Source: Octopus vulgaris
Lineage: Eukaryota
Direction: 5' to 3'
Assembly (NCBI GenBank): GCA_951406725.2
Contig: OX597817.1
Span: forward strand, 146,320,001 to 146,384,000
DNA: 64,000 nucleotides
Every line of letters starts with the position of its first letter. Within the stretch, counting starts at the first letter, position 1. Under the pieces are notes generated by a model. The model made no database searches. It saw only the letters and a program-made list of their open reading frames with translations, and was not told where the DNA came from. The position numbers and the translations under genes are program-made. Below are positions 39,745 through 52,602 of this stretch, in pieces.

Positions 39745-40668
39745 AAGGTGGCAAGCTGGCAGAAATGTTAGCACACTGGGCAAAATGCTTAGTGGTATTT
39801 TATCTGACTTTATGTTCTGAGTTCAAATTCCACTGAGGTCGACTTTGCCTTTCATCCTTTCAGGGTCGATTAAATAAGTAAGTTATGCACTGGAGTCGAT
39901 ATAACCGACTTAATCCGTTTGTTTGTCCTCTCTGTGGGTAGTAAAGAAATAGGTATTTTGTCTGTCTTTACGTTCTGAGTTCAAATTCCACTGAGGTCGA
40001 CTTTGCCTTTCATTCTTTCAAGGTTGATAAATTAAGTATCAGTTGCATACTGGGGTCGGTCTATTTGACTGGCACTCTCCCCCAGAATTTCAGGCCTTGT
40101 GCCTCAAGTAGAAAAGAATATATTTAATAGTAAGGCAGCAAGCTGGCGGAAACATTAGCACGCCAGTTGAAATGCTTAGAGGTATTTCACCTGTCTTTAC
40201 ATTCAGGGTCAATAAATTAAGTACTAGTTGCATACTGGGGTTGATCTATTCGACTGGCCTTCTCCCCAAATATTTCAGGCCTTGTGCCTAGAGTAGAATA
40301 GAATATATTTAATGGTTTAAGGCAGTGAGACACAGGTCCGTCGCCATATTTTGGTGCTTGGGAGTGCTTCAAAATATTCTGGGTGGGTACTAATTTGTAA
40401 TAATGCTGAAGGAGCACCATTGAATTGTGTCCAGTGCAACCCCTTAGCAGCAGGTATGGTAAGATGGCAGAATTGTGAGCATGCTGGAAAAAAAATGCTT
40501 AACAACATTTCTTCTGACTGTATGTTCTGAGTTCAAATGCTGCCAGGCTTAACTTTGCTTACCATCCTTTTGGGGTTGATAAACTAAGTACCAGTTGAAC
40601 ACAGGGGTTGATGTAATTGACTTACCCCCTCCCCCAAGTTGCTGACCTTGTGCCAAAATTTGAAACTA
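39745..40668 (+). mobile_element. Head-to-tail stack of family-B SINEs
   Basis: Units at 39745-40117 (dimer), 40133-40302 and 40320-40668, separated by a recurring ATATTTAATGGT-like target. Confidence 0.85.
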
Positions 40669-40806
40669 ATGTATTTAATGGTTTATATTTAATTATTTGT
40701 TTACTTATTACATTTAGTTTACATCCTCTTTGTGAACCACAAAAAAAACAATCCTATGACCTGAAGAAAACACACTTAAATATACTCACTTGTTTACAAA
40801 GCTCTA

Positions 40807-41260
40807 CATCATCATCATCGTTTAACATCCGTTTTCCATGCTAGCATGGGTTGGACGGTTCAACTGGGGTCTGGGAAGCCAGGATGTTGCACCAGGCCCC
40901 GTTCTGATCTGGCAGTGTTTCTACAGCTAGATGCCCTTCCTAACACCAGCCACTCCGAGAATGTAGTGGGTGCTTTTTACATGCCACCAGCACAGGAGCC
41001 AGAGGAGCTGGCATCAACCACGATTGGATGGTGCTTTTTGCGTGCCACCCGCATGGAAGCCAGTCAAAGCGGCACTGGCATTGGCCACATTCGGATGATG
41101 CTTTTTACATGCTACTATCATGGGAGTCACAACTGCAATTTCCATTTGATTTGATATTGATGTTGATGTATTTGACTCAGTAGCTTTCCTCAAGCATGGC
41201 ATGTTGCCCTACAATCCAAGGTAGTTTTGAATGGGCTGATTATGCAACACTGTGGTAGGT
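40807..41260 (-). mobile_element. SINE family C
   Basis: (cat)n, family tail and subrepeats. Confidence 0.85.
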
Positions 41261-41445
41261 TGTGTACATGAAGAAATTCTAAACAATAACACAACCCCAA
41301 ATTTAATCAGTAAAAATTTCTCCAAAACACCTCTCCACCACAACCCATCCTAAAACCTAATTACCACTCCACTGAACTCACACACCCAAGGAAGATTTTG
41401 AACTCAACAGAGACTATATAAAGCTCAGATTAACTTCAAAGCATC

Positions 41446-41490
41446 ACAGTCTGACAATAGCTTAGCTGGCCAAAACTTCTAAGTCACTGT
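41446..41490 (+). ncRNA. Decayed hammerhead ribozyme, family H4
   Basis: ACAGT-CTGACAA-tagcttagctggcc-AAA-ACTT-ct-AAGT-C-ACTGT. Both core mismatches are CG-to-CA changes. Confidence 0.55.
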
Positions 41491-42261
41491 CAACAATATT
41501 CTTGTTTAACAATAATATATATATTCCATTTACATGCACGCACACACACACACACACACGAATGTATGTATAACAGGAAAAAAGAACTGTGCATCGCTAT
41601 GTAAATAGAAGAAAAAGGTACCAGCTGAGAAAATAATAACAGAAGGAACAAGTTGGAAATTTTCCTTTCGTCAGCTGCCCAAACTAAGGAATTTGCAGTT
41701 TCAGCATTGAGGACAGTACTATTTATCCTCAGTCTGTACCAGCAGACTTCTTAGATACAGTTGTTAAGAATAGATTCAGTGAAAACGAGACAACAAAGTG
41801 TGAAGAAATACAGTTAATATTTTTTGATGTGAGAGACACAACAGTGGAAATGCAACAACCAGACAAAAAAAAAAAGACTTTATAGATAAATGTTTAAGTG
41901 AAAGTGACAGAGATGGTGACAGCACATAGAACAACAAGCTTAGAAGTTGGGATAAATAAAAAAAAAACAAAAAGAAAATACATTAGTCTTTTATGATTAA
42001 TAGAAATCAAAACAAACCGAAATGTGTGAATCTGACGCAGAAGGAAAAACTGAAAAATGAAAGTTTTAAAATGTTGATGTTAGTTCTTGACAAATGAAAA
42101 GAATAGTAAGAGGGACCAGAAAGATGTGCGGTCACTTGGTGAGACACTGTTTTATTGGCTTTGTTTGGCTTCAGACACTCTTGGCAGGTCAAAGTAGACT
42201 TCCCTTTCTCTCTTTCAAATCAAGCATCAATTGTCAAGGTATCCACTTTACATACACTTTC

Positions 42262-42686
42262 TTATTTCTTTATTGCTCACAAGGGGCTACACACAGAGGG
42301 GACAAACAAGGACAGACAAACGAATTAACTGGTACTTATTTAATCGACTCCAAAAAGATGAAATGCAAAGTCGATCTCGACAGAATTTGAACGCAGAATG
42401 TAGCGGCAGTCGAAATACTGCTAGGCATTTCGCCCAGCATGCTTACGTTTCTTATTTCTTTATTGCCCACAAGGGGCTAAACATAGAGGGGACAAACAAG
42501 GACAGACAAGTGGATTAAGTCAATTATATCAACCCCAGTGCATAACTGGTACTTATTTAATCGACCCCCGAAAGGATGAAAGGCAAAGTCGACCTCAGCG
42601 GAATTTGAACTCAGAGCGTAGCAGCAGATGAAATACCACTAAGAGTTTTTAGCCTGGCATGCTAATGTTTCTGCCAGCTCACCACC
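42262..42686 (-). mobile_element. Dimeric family-B SINE with long TSD
   Basis: ctttacatacactttct at about 42246-42262 and 42686-42702. Confidence 0.88.
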
Positions 42687-42965
42687 TTTACATACACTTT
42701 CTGATACTCAAAGACTTCTTCCACCTTCTATAATGCATTTAAATAAAGAGAAGGTCAACGATTTAGTGGACAAGTGTACGACAAGTACAGAGAAAATGTA
42801 AGTTACAATGAAAATATAAGTTGCAGTATGTTGTTGTTATTGTCACCGTCATCATCATCATCACCATTTAATGTTCATTTTCTCTACTGGCATTCTTTGG
42901 AAGATTTGACTGGAGCTGGCAAACCAGAGGACTGCACCAAACTTCAACGTATGCTTTGGTATGGT

Positions 42966-43574
42966 GGATCTTTACTGTTTGACCTACAGATTTAAAAAAT
43001 AATCTTTTGTAACTAAACACTTTCAAACTTTGGACACTGGTAGAATGTGTCATATAAACCATCTTATACTCTTAGCATTTTTGTGAAAAGCTTATATTTG
43101 GGAAGTTATTTCACGTTAAAGTTCTCGTATTTCAGTAATTTCAACCAATCAATGACGTGTATTCAGCTGAATAAAATTGCTGCTGTTGTTTGTCAACAAC
43201 AACTATCAGTGGTACATTTTTCGTATGTAACTGTTATTTGTGATATCGTTTGTGCATTTGTATTGGTTTTAGCTTTAAGTTTTTAGGGTTAGGGTTGTCA
43301 TAAATAACAGTGACAAACGAAATATACACCACCGGAAGTTCTTGTTGGCTAACAACAGCAGTAATTTTATTCAGCTGAATACACATCATTGATTGGTTGA
43401 AATTACCGAAATACGACAACTTTAATGTGAAATAACTTCGTAAATATAAGTTTTTCTCAAAAATGCTAAGACTAAAAGATGTTTTATATAACACATTCAA
43501 CCAGTGTCCAAAGTTTGAAAGTGTTTAGTTACAAAAATTACTTTTTAAATCTGTAGGTCAAAAGGTAAAGATCC
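42966..43574. mobile_element. Long fold-back MITE with GGATC TIRs, 8-bp TSD and central TTAGGG
   Basis: Inverted arms of about 270 bp. TSD GGTATGGT/GGAATGGT. Related internally to 32614-33041. Confidence 0.85.
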
Positions 43575-45213
43575 GGAATGGTTTCTGCAATTGGGTACCC
43601 TTCCTAAATACCAACCACTTTACAAAGTGTACTAGATACTTTTACATGGTACCAGCTCCAGCATGGTTACCAACTAACTTGCAAGAAAACTCCCTGCCCC
43701 CACCGCCTCAACTAAGGTAGGGGAAGTATTGAGAGAAGTGGCTTTCTGCCAGGTGATAAGAAATTAAAATATAATAAAGGGACAGAATCAGGTGTCTTGC
43801 TGTGGTAAGAATTTCTGCTGTTAAAAAGTTGTTGGTAGCAACAACCAATAAAAATGAAAAATAAAAATGTAATATTTGCTGGTTTGATATTAGTTTGTAG
43901 TAAGGAGAGAGAGTGGGGGGGGGGGAGGAGAGAGTAGAGTGAGAAAATAATGCAAGTGTCAACATGAATTGTTCAGATTTAAGGTCTGACAGTAGCCTAA
44001 GGTGTGATAGTCTATGTTGTAGAGGTCCAGTGTTGAAAAGTCTGGTTAGTATAAATCAGCTGATAATTACTATAGCCACTGACATGGAGGCTGAATGTAT
44101 CAATTTTCCTTCTTTTTTTCTCCCTTGATAATACTGTTTATATCAAAGTTGAATTTATAATGTGAGGGGGAAAAGCTTTTTATGATATACTTTCCCAAAC
44201 CTTTACTGGTCAATTTACTACTGATGTCATCAGTATATTTGATGTCTATTTGCAGGCTTTGACTGGTCAGTTTATTGCTGATACCATCAATGTATTTGAA
44301 GTATCCTGTTTTTCTTTATCCCAAATTTTGTGATTGCAAATAAAACATCCTGATTTCAGATCTAAGCAAAGACCTGCTACAGAATAGACATGAAAGGAGA
44401 AATCAAACTTTTGCAGCCCATTGTATCCTGAAGACTTCACTGATCAAGCAATAATATTTCTCACCAGTACTAACATCGATAAATGAGGAAATTATCAACA
44501 TATTTGATAGAGAAGCAACCACTTAAAAATTGGTTCCTGCAATGATAAAGACCATTTGATAGAGTTCCTATGTCTCCCCATACTTTGACCTTGAAAAAAA
44601 AAAAGCATGTTTTAAGAGCTAGAGTAAAAAGTTTAAATAGGGCTAATAGATTTTGTAACGAAAAAAGAATGTGAGTAATGCATTTATATAAATGGATGAC
44701 TGGAGCTAGCATTATTACAGAAGAGGAATATAATGGAAAACATGCCATTGTGCCAAGAATTACACTGAGATTGTCTGACACCTCTCTCTTTCTCTCTGCC
44801 TTTCACTAGACTGAAATTAGTTTCCATTTCAAATGGCTTTTATAATAGCAGTCAATAAACACCAATGTCAGTCATTTGATTAAAATAAGTTTGTTCTTCC
44901 CAACAATTTGCATATGGACATTTTCATGTTGCTTTGTTAAAGACTACACAGAGTGCCACAGGTATAGTGACTATGTAAAATATAGGTACCCACAAAGTGT
45001 ACACAGAAGGTTTTCAGTGTTAAAAACTTAATTCTTGAATTTTTAGTACTCTGTAACATAATGCAATAAAGTGTTCCCTGATGATTCATTGTATTTAAGA
45101 ATCCAGCTGCTCTTAGAACAACTAATGCAGACTTCAAAACAACTACAATGGTCAAATCTACATATGAACAAATAATGATATAATTTGCTTATTGTAATTT
45201 TCTTATGTGTGTA

Positions 45214-45378
45214 GGCGCAGGAGTGGCTGTGTGGTAAGTAGCTTGCTTACCAACCACATGGTTCTGGGTTCATTCCCACTGCGTGGTACCTTGGGCAAGT
45301 GTCTTCTACTTTAGCCTCGGGCCGATCAAAGCCTTGTGAGTGGATTTGGTAGACGGAAACTGAAAGAAGCCCATCGTA

Positions 45379-45415
<37 letters not shown>

Positions 45416-45525
45416 GTATGTGTATGTATATGTTTATGAGTGTGTGTTTGTCCCCTCAACATCGCTTGACATCCGATGTGCTCCAGCATGGCCACAGTCA
45501 AATGACTGAAACAAGTAAAAGAGTA
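45214..45525 (+). mobile_element. SINE family A with internal deletion
   Basis: Head ggcgcaggagtggctgtgtggtaagtagc. The body jumps from catccgatg to tgctccagcatgg. Confidence 0.88.
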
Positions 45526-45955
45526 AAAAAAGTATGTGTGTTTGTGTGTGCGTGCATGTGTATATAAAACCCAGTGTTTTTTTTCGCAGCTCTCTTCTTT
45601 CTCTCTCTCATCTTTTTTCTTCTCCTCTTTGTCTCTCCTGCTCTCCTGGACTTTCCTCTAGTATCTCTTGAAGGACGATGTCTGAAATGTTAGATTTTTT
45701 ACTTCATAACATTTTCCTTCTTTGAGTATCAGCCTAAAAATATAATTGTGAATATCCCTTGGACTGTTGCTGTTTTTTGCTTTTATACATACATACATAC
45801 ATACATACATACATACATACATACATACGTACGTACATACGTACATACATAATACATACTTACATACATACTTACATACTTACATACATACATACATACT
45901 GTTATGATGTTTTAATGTAGTTGCAGACTTATTGTATATTCATTCACCAACTGTT

Positions 45956-46282
45956 GTGAAGGCGCATGGCTCAGTGGTTAGAGTGTAGAGCTTATGATCG
46001 TTAGGTTGTGAGTTTGAATCCCAGACCAGGCTGCGTGTTGTGTTTTTGAGCAAGACACTTTATTTCACGTTGCTCCAGTTCACTCAGCTGTAGAAATGAG
46101 TTGTGACATCACTGGTGCCAAGCTGTATTGGCTTTTGCCTTTCCCTTGGATAACATCAGTGGTGTGGAGGCTGGTATGCATGGGCGACTGCTAGCCTTCC
46201 ACAAACAATCTTGCCCTGACTTGTGCCTCCAACGGTAACATTCTAGGTGCAATCCCATGGTCATTCATGACCGAAGGGGGTC
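45956..46282 (+). mobile_element. tRNA/CORE-like SINE family D
   Basis: A box tggctcagtggttaga, B box gtttgaatccc, CORE-like ttgagcaagacactt. Second copy at 52598-52815 (-). Confidence 0.8.
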
Positions 46283-46757
46283 CCCTCCTCCACCAACTGT
46301 TCAAATCACCAACACATAATCCAATGATATCTCTTCTTAATAGCTTCTATGACTCTCTGTATAATATATGGCTTAACGATGTTAGCTTGTTTTAAGTTTT
46401 CCCTTACCAAACCTCATGATATTGCTTCTAATAAATCTTGATTTTTATGACTATACCAACTATGATGTCTATCTGCTCCCTCAGCCCTACCCCTAACAGA
46501 CACTGCCCCTTTGTTCTCTCAACCTTAGATATACAAGGATTTGATAAACTAGTCTATAAATTAAAACTGACCCCATAAAACAAAAACTCAGTGACAGGCA
46601 GAGTCTGTAATAATGTACATCTTCTTGATACCTTAGTAGCTTCTATGCTTGAGTGAGGACAGCATGTTCTTTGTCCATCTCCTTAACTTCTTGGAGATTT
46701 TAGGTATAATTATACTAATGTGTCCATCTGTTTTAATTTAATTAAATTCTGTCTTTG

Positions 46758-46843
46758 TGCAGCTGAGGCTTGCTCTGCATTTAAACTGATGTAATGATTG
46801 CATTGTTAAATTAAATGGAGTTGCATGAAACGATCGTACTGCA
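46758..46843 (+). ncRNA. Type I hammerhead ribozyme fold, family H3 (long stem II; A9 mutated)
   Basis: TGCAG-CTGAGGC-...-GAA-ACGATCGT-A-CTGCA. Confidence 0.65.
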
Positions 46844-46872
46844 TTACCTCTGGATATCCTTGTTGCTTATTT

Positions 46873-46928
<56 letters not shown>

Positions 46929-46940
46929 GTATATATATAT

Positions 46941-46972
<32 letters not shown>

Positions 46973-48249
46973 TTAGCGTCCGCTTTCTATGCTAGCATGG
47001 GTTGGACGGTTCAACTGGGGTCTGTGAAGCTGGAAGGCTTCGTCAGGCCCAGTCAGATCTGGTAGTGTTTCTACGGCTGGATCAAATATATGCACATGCA
47101 CACACACACATGCACACAAACATATGCACACATCATTATCTTCATGAAGTTTATGTCTGCTTTCCATACTGGTATGGGTTGGACACATCATCACTCCCCG
47201 AGTTAGTACTTACTTGGAGTCACTGATCTAGATAGACTGGGGCCAATTCTTGCTTGTATGATCCATTTTTTGCATAGTTTCTAAGGCTAGATGCTCTTTC
47301 TGACTCCAGTCACTTTACAGAGCATACTTCAGTGTATTTTATTGTAGCACCAACATTAAAGAGGTTGTATTGTCCTCAGCAAGACTAAAAAGTCTTACAA
47401 TTCTTGTTCATCCATTATTTACCCAAAGTGAACTGAACCATGATTTATCACTACCTGCATATTAAATTCCTCATTGAACTCTTACTGGCTTCCTCTCCAT
47501 ACACGATCTACACAGCCCTTATAAGCTATTTGTCTACTTGCTTCCTTAGGGATCACCAGGTCAGTGGATGCTTAACAGAGTGGTTTGCTCTTAGCTATAT
47601 TCTTCATCTGTAGTTGTTTCCCAAGGAAGGAGGCATTGGTAATATCTATTCTTGATGCAAAGCTGAATTGCTGCTCATCTAAACAACTTCCCTTCCTTAT
47701 CAATTGTGCTGTAACTCTTGCACTTTCATTTGAAGGTCTGTAACAATAAGATATTTTCATTGAGTTAAGTGGTGGATGAACAAGAAGTTTGTATGAAATT
47801 TCAAATACAAATATTTACCATTAACAAAAATGTCATTACAACAAATAACAGAAAAGATATATAAGCCAAGACAATCAGTTCAGTAGTTTCTATGAGATGT
47901 TGTGCCCTAAGAACATCTGTAACCACGTGTTATGTTGTAGATTTTAGCAGCTAGCTGGCTTAAACTGGGTCAGAACACCTGTTATTGTCATCATCATTGT
48001 GGCATTCTGCAGCCACTTTTGAGTGCTGGTAAATTCCTGCAAGCTTGTCTTAGGGACACTGGTGAGTTACCAGAAAAACAGACTATTTATAGCAAAAGTT
48101 TTTCAGAGAAAAAAGCACCAAAGAATAAATTGTTAATGACAATTTATATGATACTTGTTTACAACACTGAGATTTAATGAGTTAAGCATCTACTGGGTCC
48201 ATTGTATCCTTCTCTGATCAACTAGCTACTGATAAAAATCAAATTCCTA

Positions 48250-48720
48250 ATGTGTTTATCAGATTTGAATGGGTTAATTGCTTGTTGATGCCATCATTTT
48301 CCAAACAAAACTCCATTTCTGTTATTTAGTTATTTTTACATGTGAGCACAGTGATTCAGTTGCAATTCTTTGGCAGAAAGTTGGTATTTGGGACTCTGCC
48401 AAATATCCCTGCCGCAAGTCTATCAGCTTGATGCCTTAGTAAGGACTTTCTTTAGTGCATCTCTCTTGTCCTTGTAGGATGATACTACTTCGTCAGTCTC
48501 TGACTATGACACCTTAGTGACTGATTATAATGAATGACTAGCACATGACCTAATTCACCAGATATTTTCAGCATTTCAGCTACCTTCCTTACTTTCACTG
48601 TCCCTAATTGTTCTGGAATGTATAGCTATTCACATCAGTGACTGGTCCCTGTGTTGGATTTAGTCATGGTAGTACACTACCCCACACTCTAACATTCTCC
48701 ACATTCAACAATCTCTTATA
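48250..48720 (-). mobile_element. Possible decayed LINE AP-endonuclease remnant (RTE-like)
   Basis: Minus-strand peptides ETDEVVSSYKDKRDALKKV and NRNGVLF..LINT only loosely fit EN motifs. Confidence 0.3.
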
Positions 48721-48898
48721 GTATTATTTCTATGCTTTTTTTCTTTTGAGGGGACGTTTATAAGAATTAGTGTAATATTGCCATCCTGTAAGCACATTTC
48801 TCCAATGACATCTTGTTTCTGTCTTGCAATCCAAAACACCCACAAACCTCTGTCATGCCACAGAATGTACAAAACTTCCTACTTTTTCTTATCACTAA

Positions 48899-49108
48899 GT
48901 TAGCATACCAGGCGAAATGTGTAGCCATATTTCGTCTGCCGTTACGTTCTGAGTTCAAATTCCACCGAGGTCGACTTTGTCTTTCATCCTTTGGGGGTCG
49001 ATAAATTAAGTACCAGTTACGCACTGGGGTCGATGTAATCGACTTAATCCGTTTGTTTGTCCTTGTTTGTCCCTTCTGTTTTTAGCCCCTTGTGGGTAGT
49101 AAAGAAAT
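48899..49108 (+). mobile_element. SINE family B
   Basis: Matches family B. Confidence 0.88.
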
Positions 49109-50709
49109 ACATATATATGTATACACACATAAATGGAGGTCAATATTTTGGAATGAGGTAAAGGTTTATGTGCAATAGAAGCAGATGTGCTTAATAAACA
49201 ATAATGTGATGTAGAATCACAAAGACAGATTAGCATGCTACATGCAAACTATGGTTCGTAAGTCAAAAGATTTACAAAACGGTAACTGTAAAAGCAGCTT
49301 TGAAGTAACATGGAATCTACTTCATAAAACTTAGCAAGATAAAAGTTTTAACAGGAACTGTTATTGTCTGATGAAATGTAGGTTAGTGATATTGTGTTAC
49401 AAACTGGAACTAATTCTATCTGTAACATGTTGTTATTTTATAACATGAAACATGTAGAAATCCATTTCATGTTAAAACTGATATCGTTTTTCAGCAATTG
49501 TATTACATAACATAATGGTGCAGTTGTTCTTTAAGATCCATTCAGTTGGAACATGATTCATTATTTATCAAATAGATAAGGTTCTTTTGTTATGGCTCTC
49601 TCATGTAAAACCTCCCGCTTCTGATGACATAACATTCATTATAGATGGGAACCCTTCAAGCTATAATTGGGGTTATGGTCGTTGTTAATTCTGCTGCAGA
49701 TAACTGTAAACATTTCTCTTTTCACTGGGTTTTTTGATGTAGCATTCACATCAGTTAGACAACTGACATTTAAAACTGCACTTGTATTTTGTGTTTTCTA
49801 TTACATACATTTCTATATCAGGCTTGTAGTCTCTTCATTGCATTGGATGCTTGCATGTGTCAGTAAGTATATATATAACAATTTTTTAACTCTCAAACAT
49901 CATTGATGTAATTCAGACCGACCAGCTTATGAGTTTATTACAGCTTCTCCATCAAGGGATTTACAAGTGCTACATTTCTATAAAAAGTTTATGCAAAATC
50001 AACAAACCGTTTGTATTAAACAGTAAAGCTCTTGTTATGCTTTTAATCAAATAATAGCTCATAATTTATTGATATATAAAATAGGATACTTTTTCTGATA
50101 ACTGATATCGTATAAAATATGAATAATTAGTACAAGCAAAACAGAGAGGTCAATATCCTAGAGTGGAATCTGTTCCAATTTGGCTGCCTTGCCCTCAACA
50201 CACCAGACAAAATAACCCAACAATAGCTTGAAAATATTTTCAGTTCATTTCTGTTTCTGATACTAACTTTAAATTCTGCTAGTTTTAGGAATGCTTTGTA
50301 AATTTAGAAAGTGACACAGGCATGGATGCATGCTTGAGAAGCTTGCTTCTGAATCTTGTAGTCTTTGGTTCAGTTCCACTGCATGGTACTATGTGCAAGT
50401 GTCTTCGACTATAGTCCCAGGCCAACCAAAGTCTTGTGAGTGGATTTCATAGATGGAAACTATAGATATATTATTAAAAGCAGTTTGATTCGGTTGTTCT
50501 TCTCTAGAGAGTTCAAACCAGTCACCAAGAAAGCTAGAAGACTTTTTTAAGTTAAGATATGTGTTTTGAGTTAAGGTACATGTCACTGTACAAGTACCAT
50601 TTATGTGTCACTGGTACAGGTGCCTTTTACATGTTACTAGCACTGGCCATGACTACAATTTCACCTGGCTTGATGAGTCTTCTCAAGCATAATATATATA
50701 TATATATGC

Positions 50710-51565
50710 AGTATTCTCAAAGGGGTACATCCTACATAGTTGTGATCTGATGGAGTTCCCTGGCTTTTCAACAATCTTTGAGTTTAGTTTCCTTTGGAGC
50801 TTTCCTAAACCTACGGGCTAGATCTCCATGGGCTGTCACCTCTACAAACATCACTCCTTGAAATTTGTTCAATCCGTTTGCTTTGTCACAAGCTCTTTGT
50901 AACCTATTCTAGTCTTTGCTTCTATATCTAGGGCAGGTACCACTGGTTTCATTACATATAATGTTATCTAACTTCTGTCTAGCACCCCTGTATACTTGAA
51001 CCCTATTTTTCTGATCATATCCAGAGAATTGCATGTGGTGCATGAAGTTCTGTACATGTTTTTTCATTTCATAGGGTTGCATAGTAGAAACACACTGTTC
51101 ATTATCCATTAAGTCTCCTCTCAGTATATTAATTTTCATGTTGTGTGACAAGGGTGAGTTCTTGTGAACAACATATTTTGAAGCTATGGGTTTCATGTAA
51201 TAGGAGTGGTGGAGCTGCACTCTGTTGTTCACTGTCTCTAACCAAAGTTCAGTATCAAGGACGGGGAGTCTATTGTTAGGGTGCCTAGTGGGGTAATCTA
51301 AATTTACCTCGATACTTTGGTGGATGGGGCTAGCTACTTGCTGGATGCTCTCCATTATGTTCCTCTCAGTTTCTACATTATTGTTACTAGAGTTGGTCTT
51401 AACTAGGATATTAATGTCATCTACATACCAACTGTAAAGTAGAAGAGTTGTGGACTGTTCAGCTAAGGATTGCTTAAGTTTACTGTCCCACCATGTCATG
51501 AAGAGGCCAGCAACATCTCCAGCTACACCGACACCAATGGCTGCACCTTGAACCTGCATGTATAG
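50710..51565 (-). mobile_element. Penelope-like element RT fragment (Nematis-like), pseudogene
   Basis: QVQGAAIG...LFMTWWD, YVDDI, LDYPTRH...LPVLD, YYMKP and FSGYD, then frameshifted VMFVEVT...KIVEKPG. Confidence 0.8.
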
Positions 51566-51571
51566 TTTAAC

Positions 51572-52562
51572 AAGAAATCCTCATCGCATGCTGGAAGGTG
51601 TGGCCAGACTCTCTCCAGGACTATGAGGGCTTCTCACCTTAAGATATTCAGCATGAGGCTGTCAACAATGTGGTGAAACTGGCAAAGGTACTTGGTAGCG
51701 AAGGTTTTGATGACATCACACAAGATGAGGTCAACGACCTCAATGATGACCACTCTGAAACCATGACAGACGAAGATTTGTTGGAGTTAACGAAGTCTGT
51801 CAGAGAAGAGGAGGAGGAGGCACCAGATCCAGAGGAAGAAGAGAATGAGGTGGGCCTGGCAATCGAATGTCAGTCCGACCTTTTAAGGACAGTAAAGGAA
51901 TTTCAAGGAAAGGCAGAAGCATGGGATCCCAATGTGGTTCGGTCTTTCCAATTTAAAAATGACATGAATGCTGCCATGCAGACATATAAATCTCTCCTCA
52001 CCACCATGAAGAAACAACGACAGCAACTTCCTATCACAATGTTCCTCAAGTCCACCAAGAAAGCTTTGCATGAAGATAACGACACCCCCTAAAACACCTG
52101 AAGAAGAGGTTCTTACCTGAAGAGCTTTAAATTTTCTTTGCTCTGCAGTCATTACCTTCATTATTTTCATCATCATTGTCTTAATTCAGTATCATTCATT
52201 ATTGGTGAGTAACAGCACGTTTTGCTTTAATTTTTATTAAATTATTAAATATTGGCTGTGTGGTAAGAAGCTTGCTTCCCAACCATATGGTTCTGGGTTC
52301 AGTCCCACTGCACAGTACCTTGGGCAAGTGTCTACTGCTGTAGCCTCAGGCCGACCAAAGCCTTGTGAGTGGATTTGGTAGACAGAAACATCGTATGTAT
52401 ATATATGTGTGCATGTGTGTGTGTGTGTGTGCATGTGTATATATATGTATGTGTGTCTGTGTTTGTCCTCCCCACCAATGCTTGACAACCAATGTTGGTG
52501 TGTTTTCACTATTTGTGGGTGCTCTAGGAATGTAACCCCCTGCAAATATTGGGGGACTACTC

Positions 52563-52563
<1 letters not shown>
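51572..52563 (+). mobile_element. Tigger/pogo DNA transposon 3' part (transposase C-terminus and right TIR), interrupted by a SINE at 52252-52502
   Basis: ACWK.WP, VKLAKVLGSEGFDD...TDEDLLEL and KQRQQLPITMFLK. TIR-like gcaaatattgggggactact. Confidence 0.8.

Positions 52564-52602
<39 letters not shown>

Noticed and set aside
41640-41685. CTGACGA core on the minus strand
   Set aside because: No correctly placed GAAA or stem III.
45956-46035. tRNA gene (also 27065-27137)
   Set aside because: A and B boxes are present but continue into SINE bodies, so these are SINE heads.
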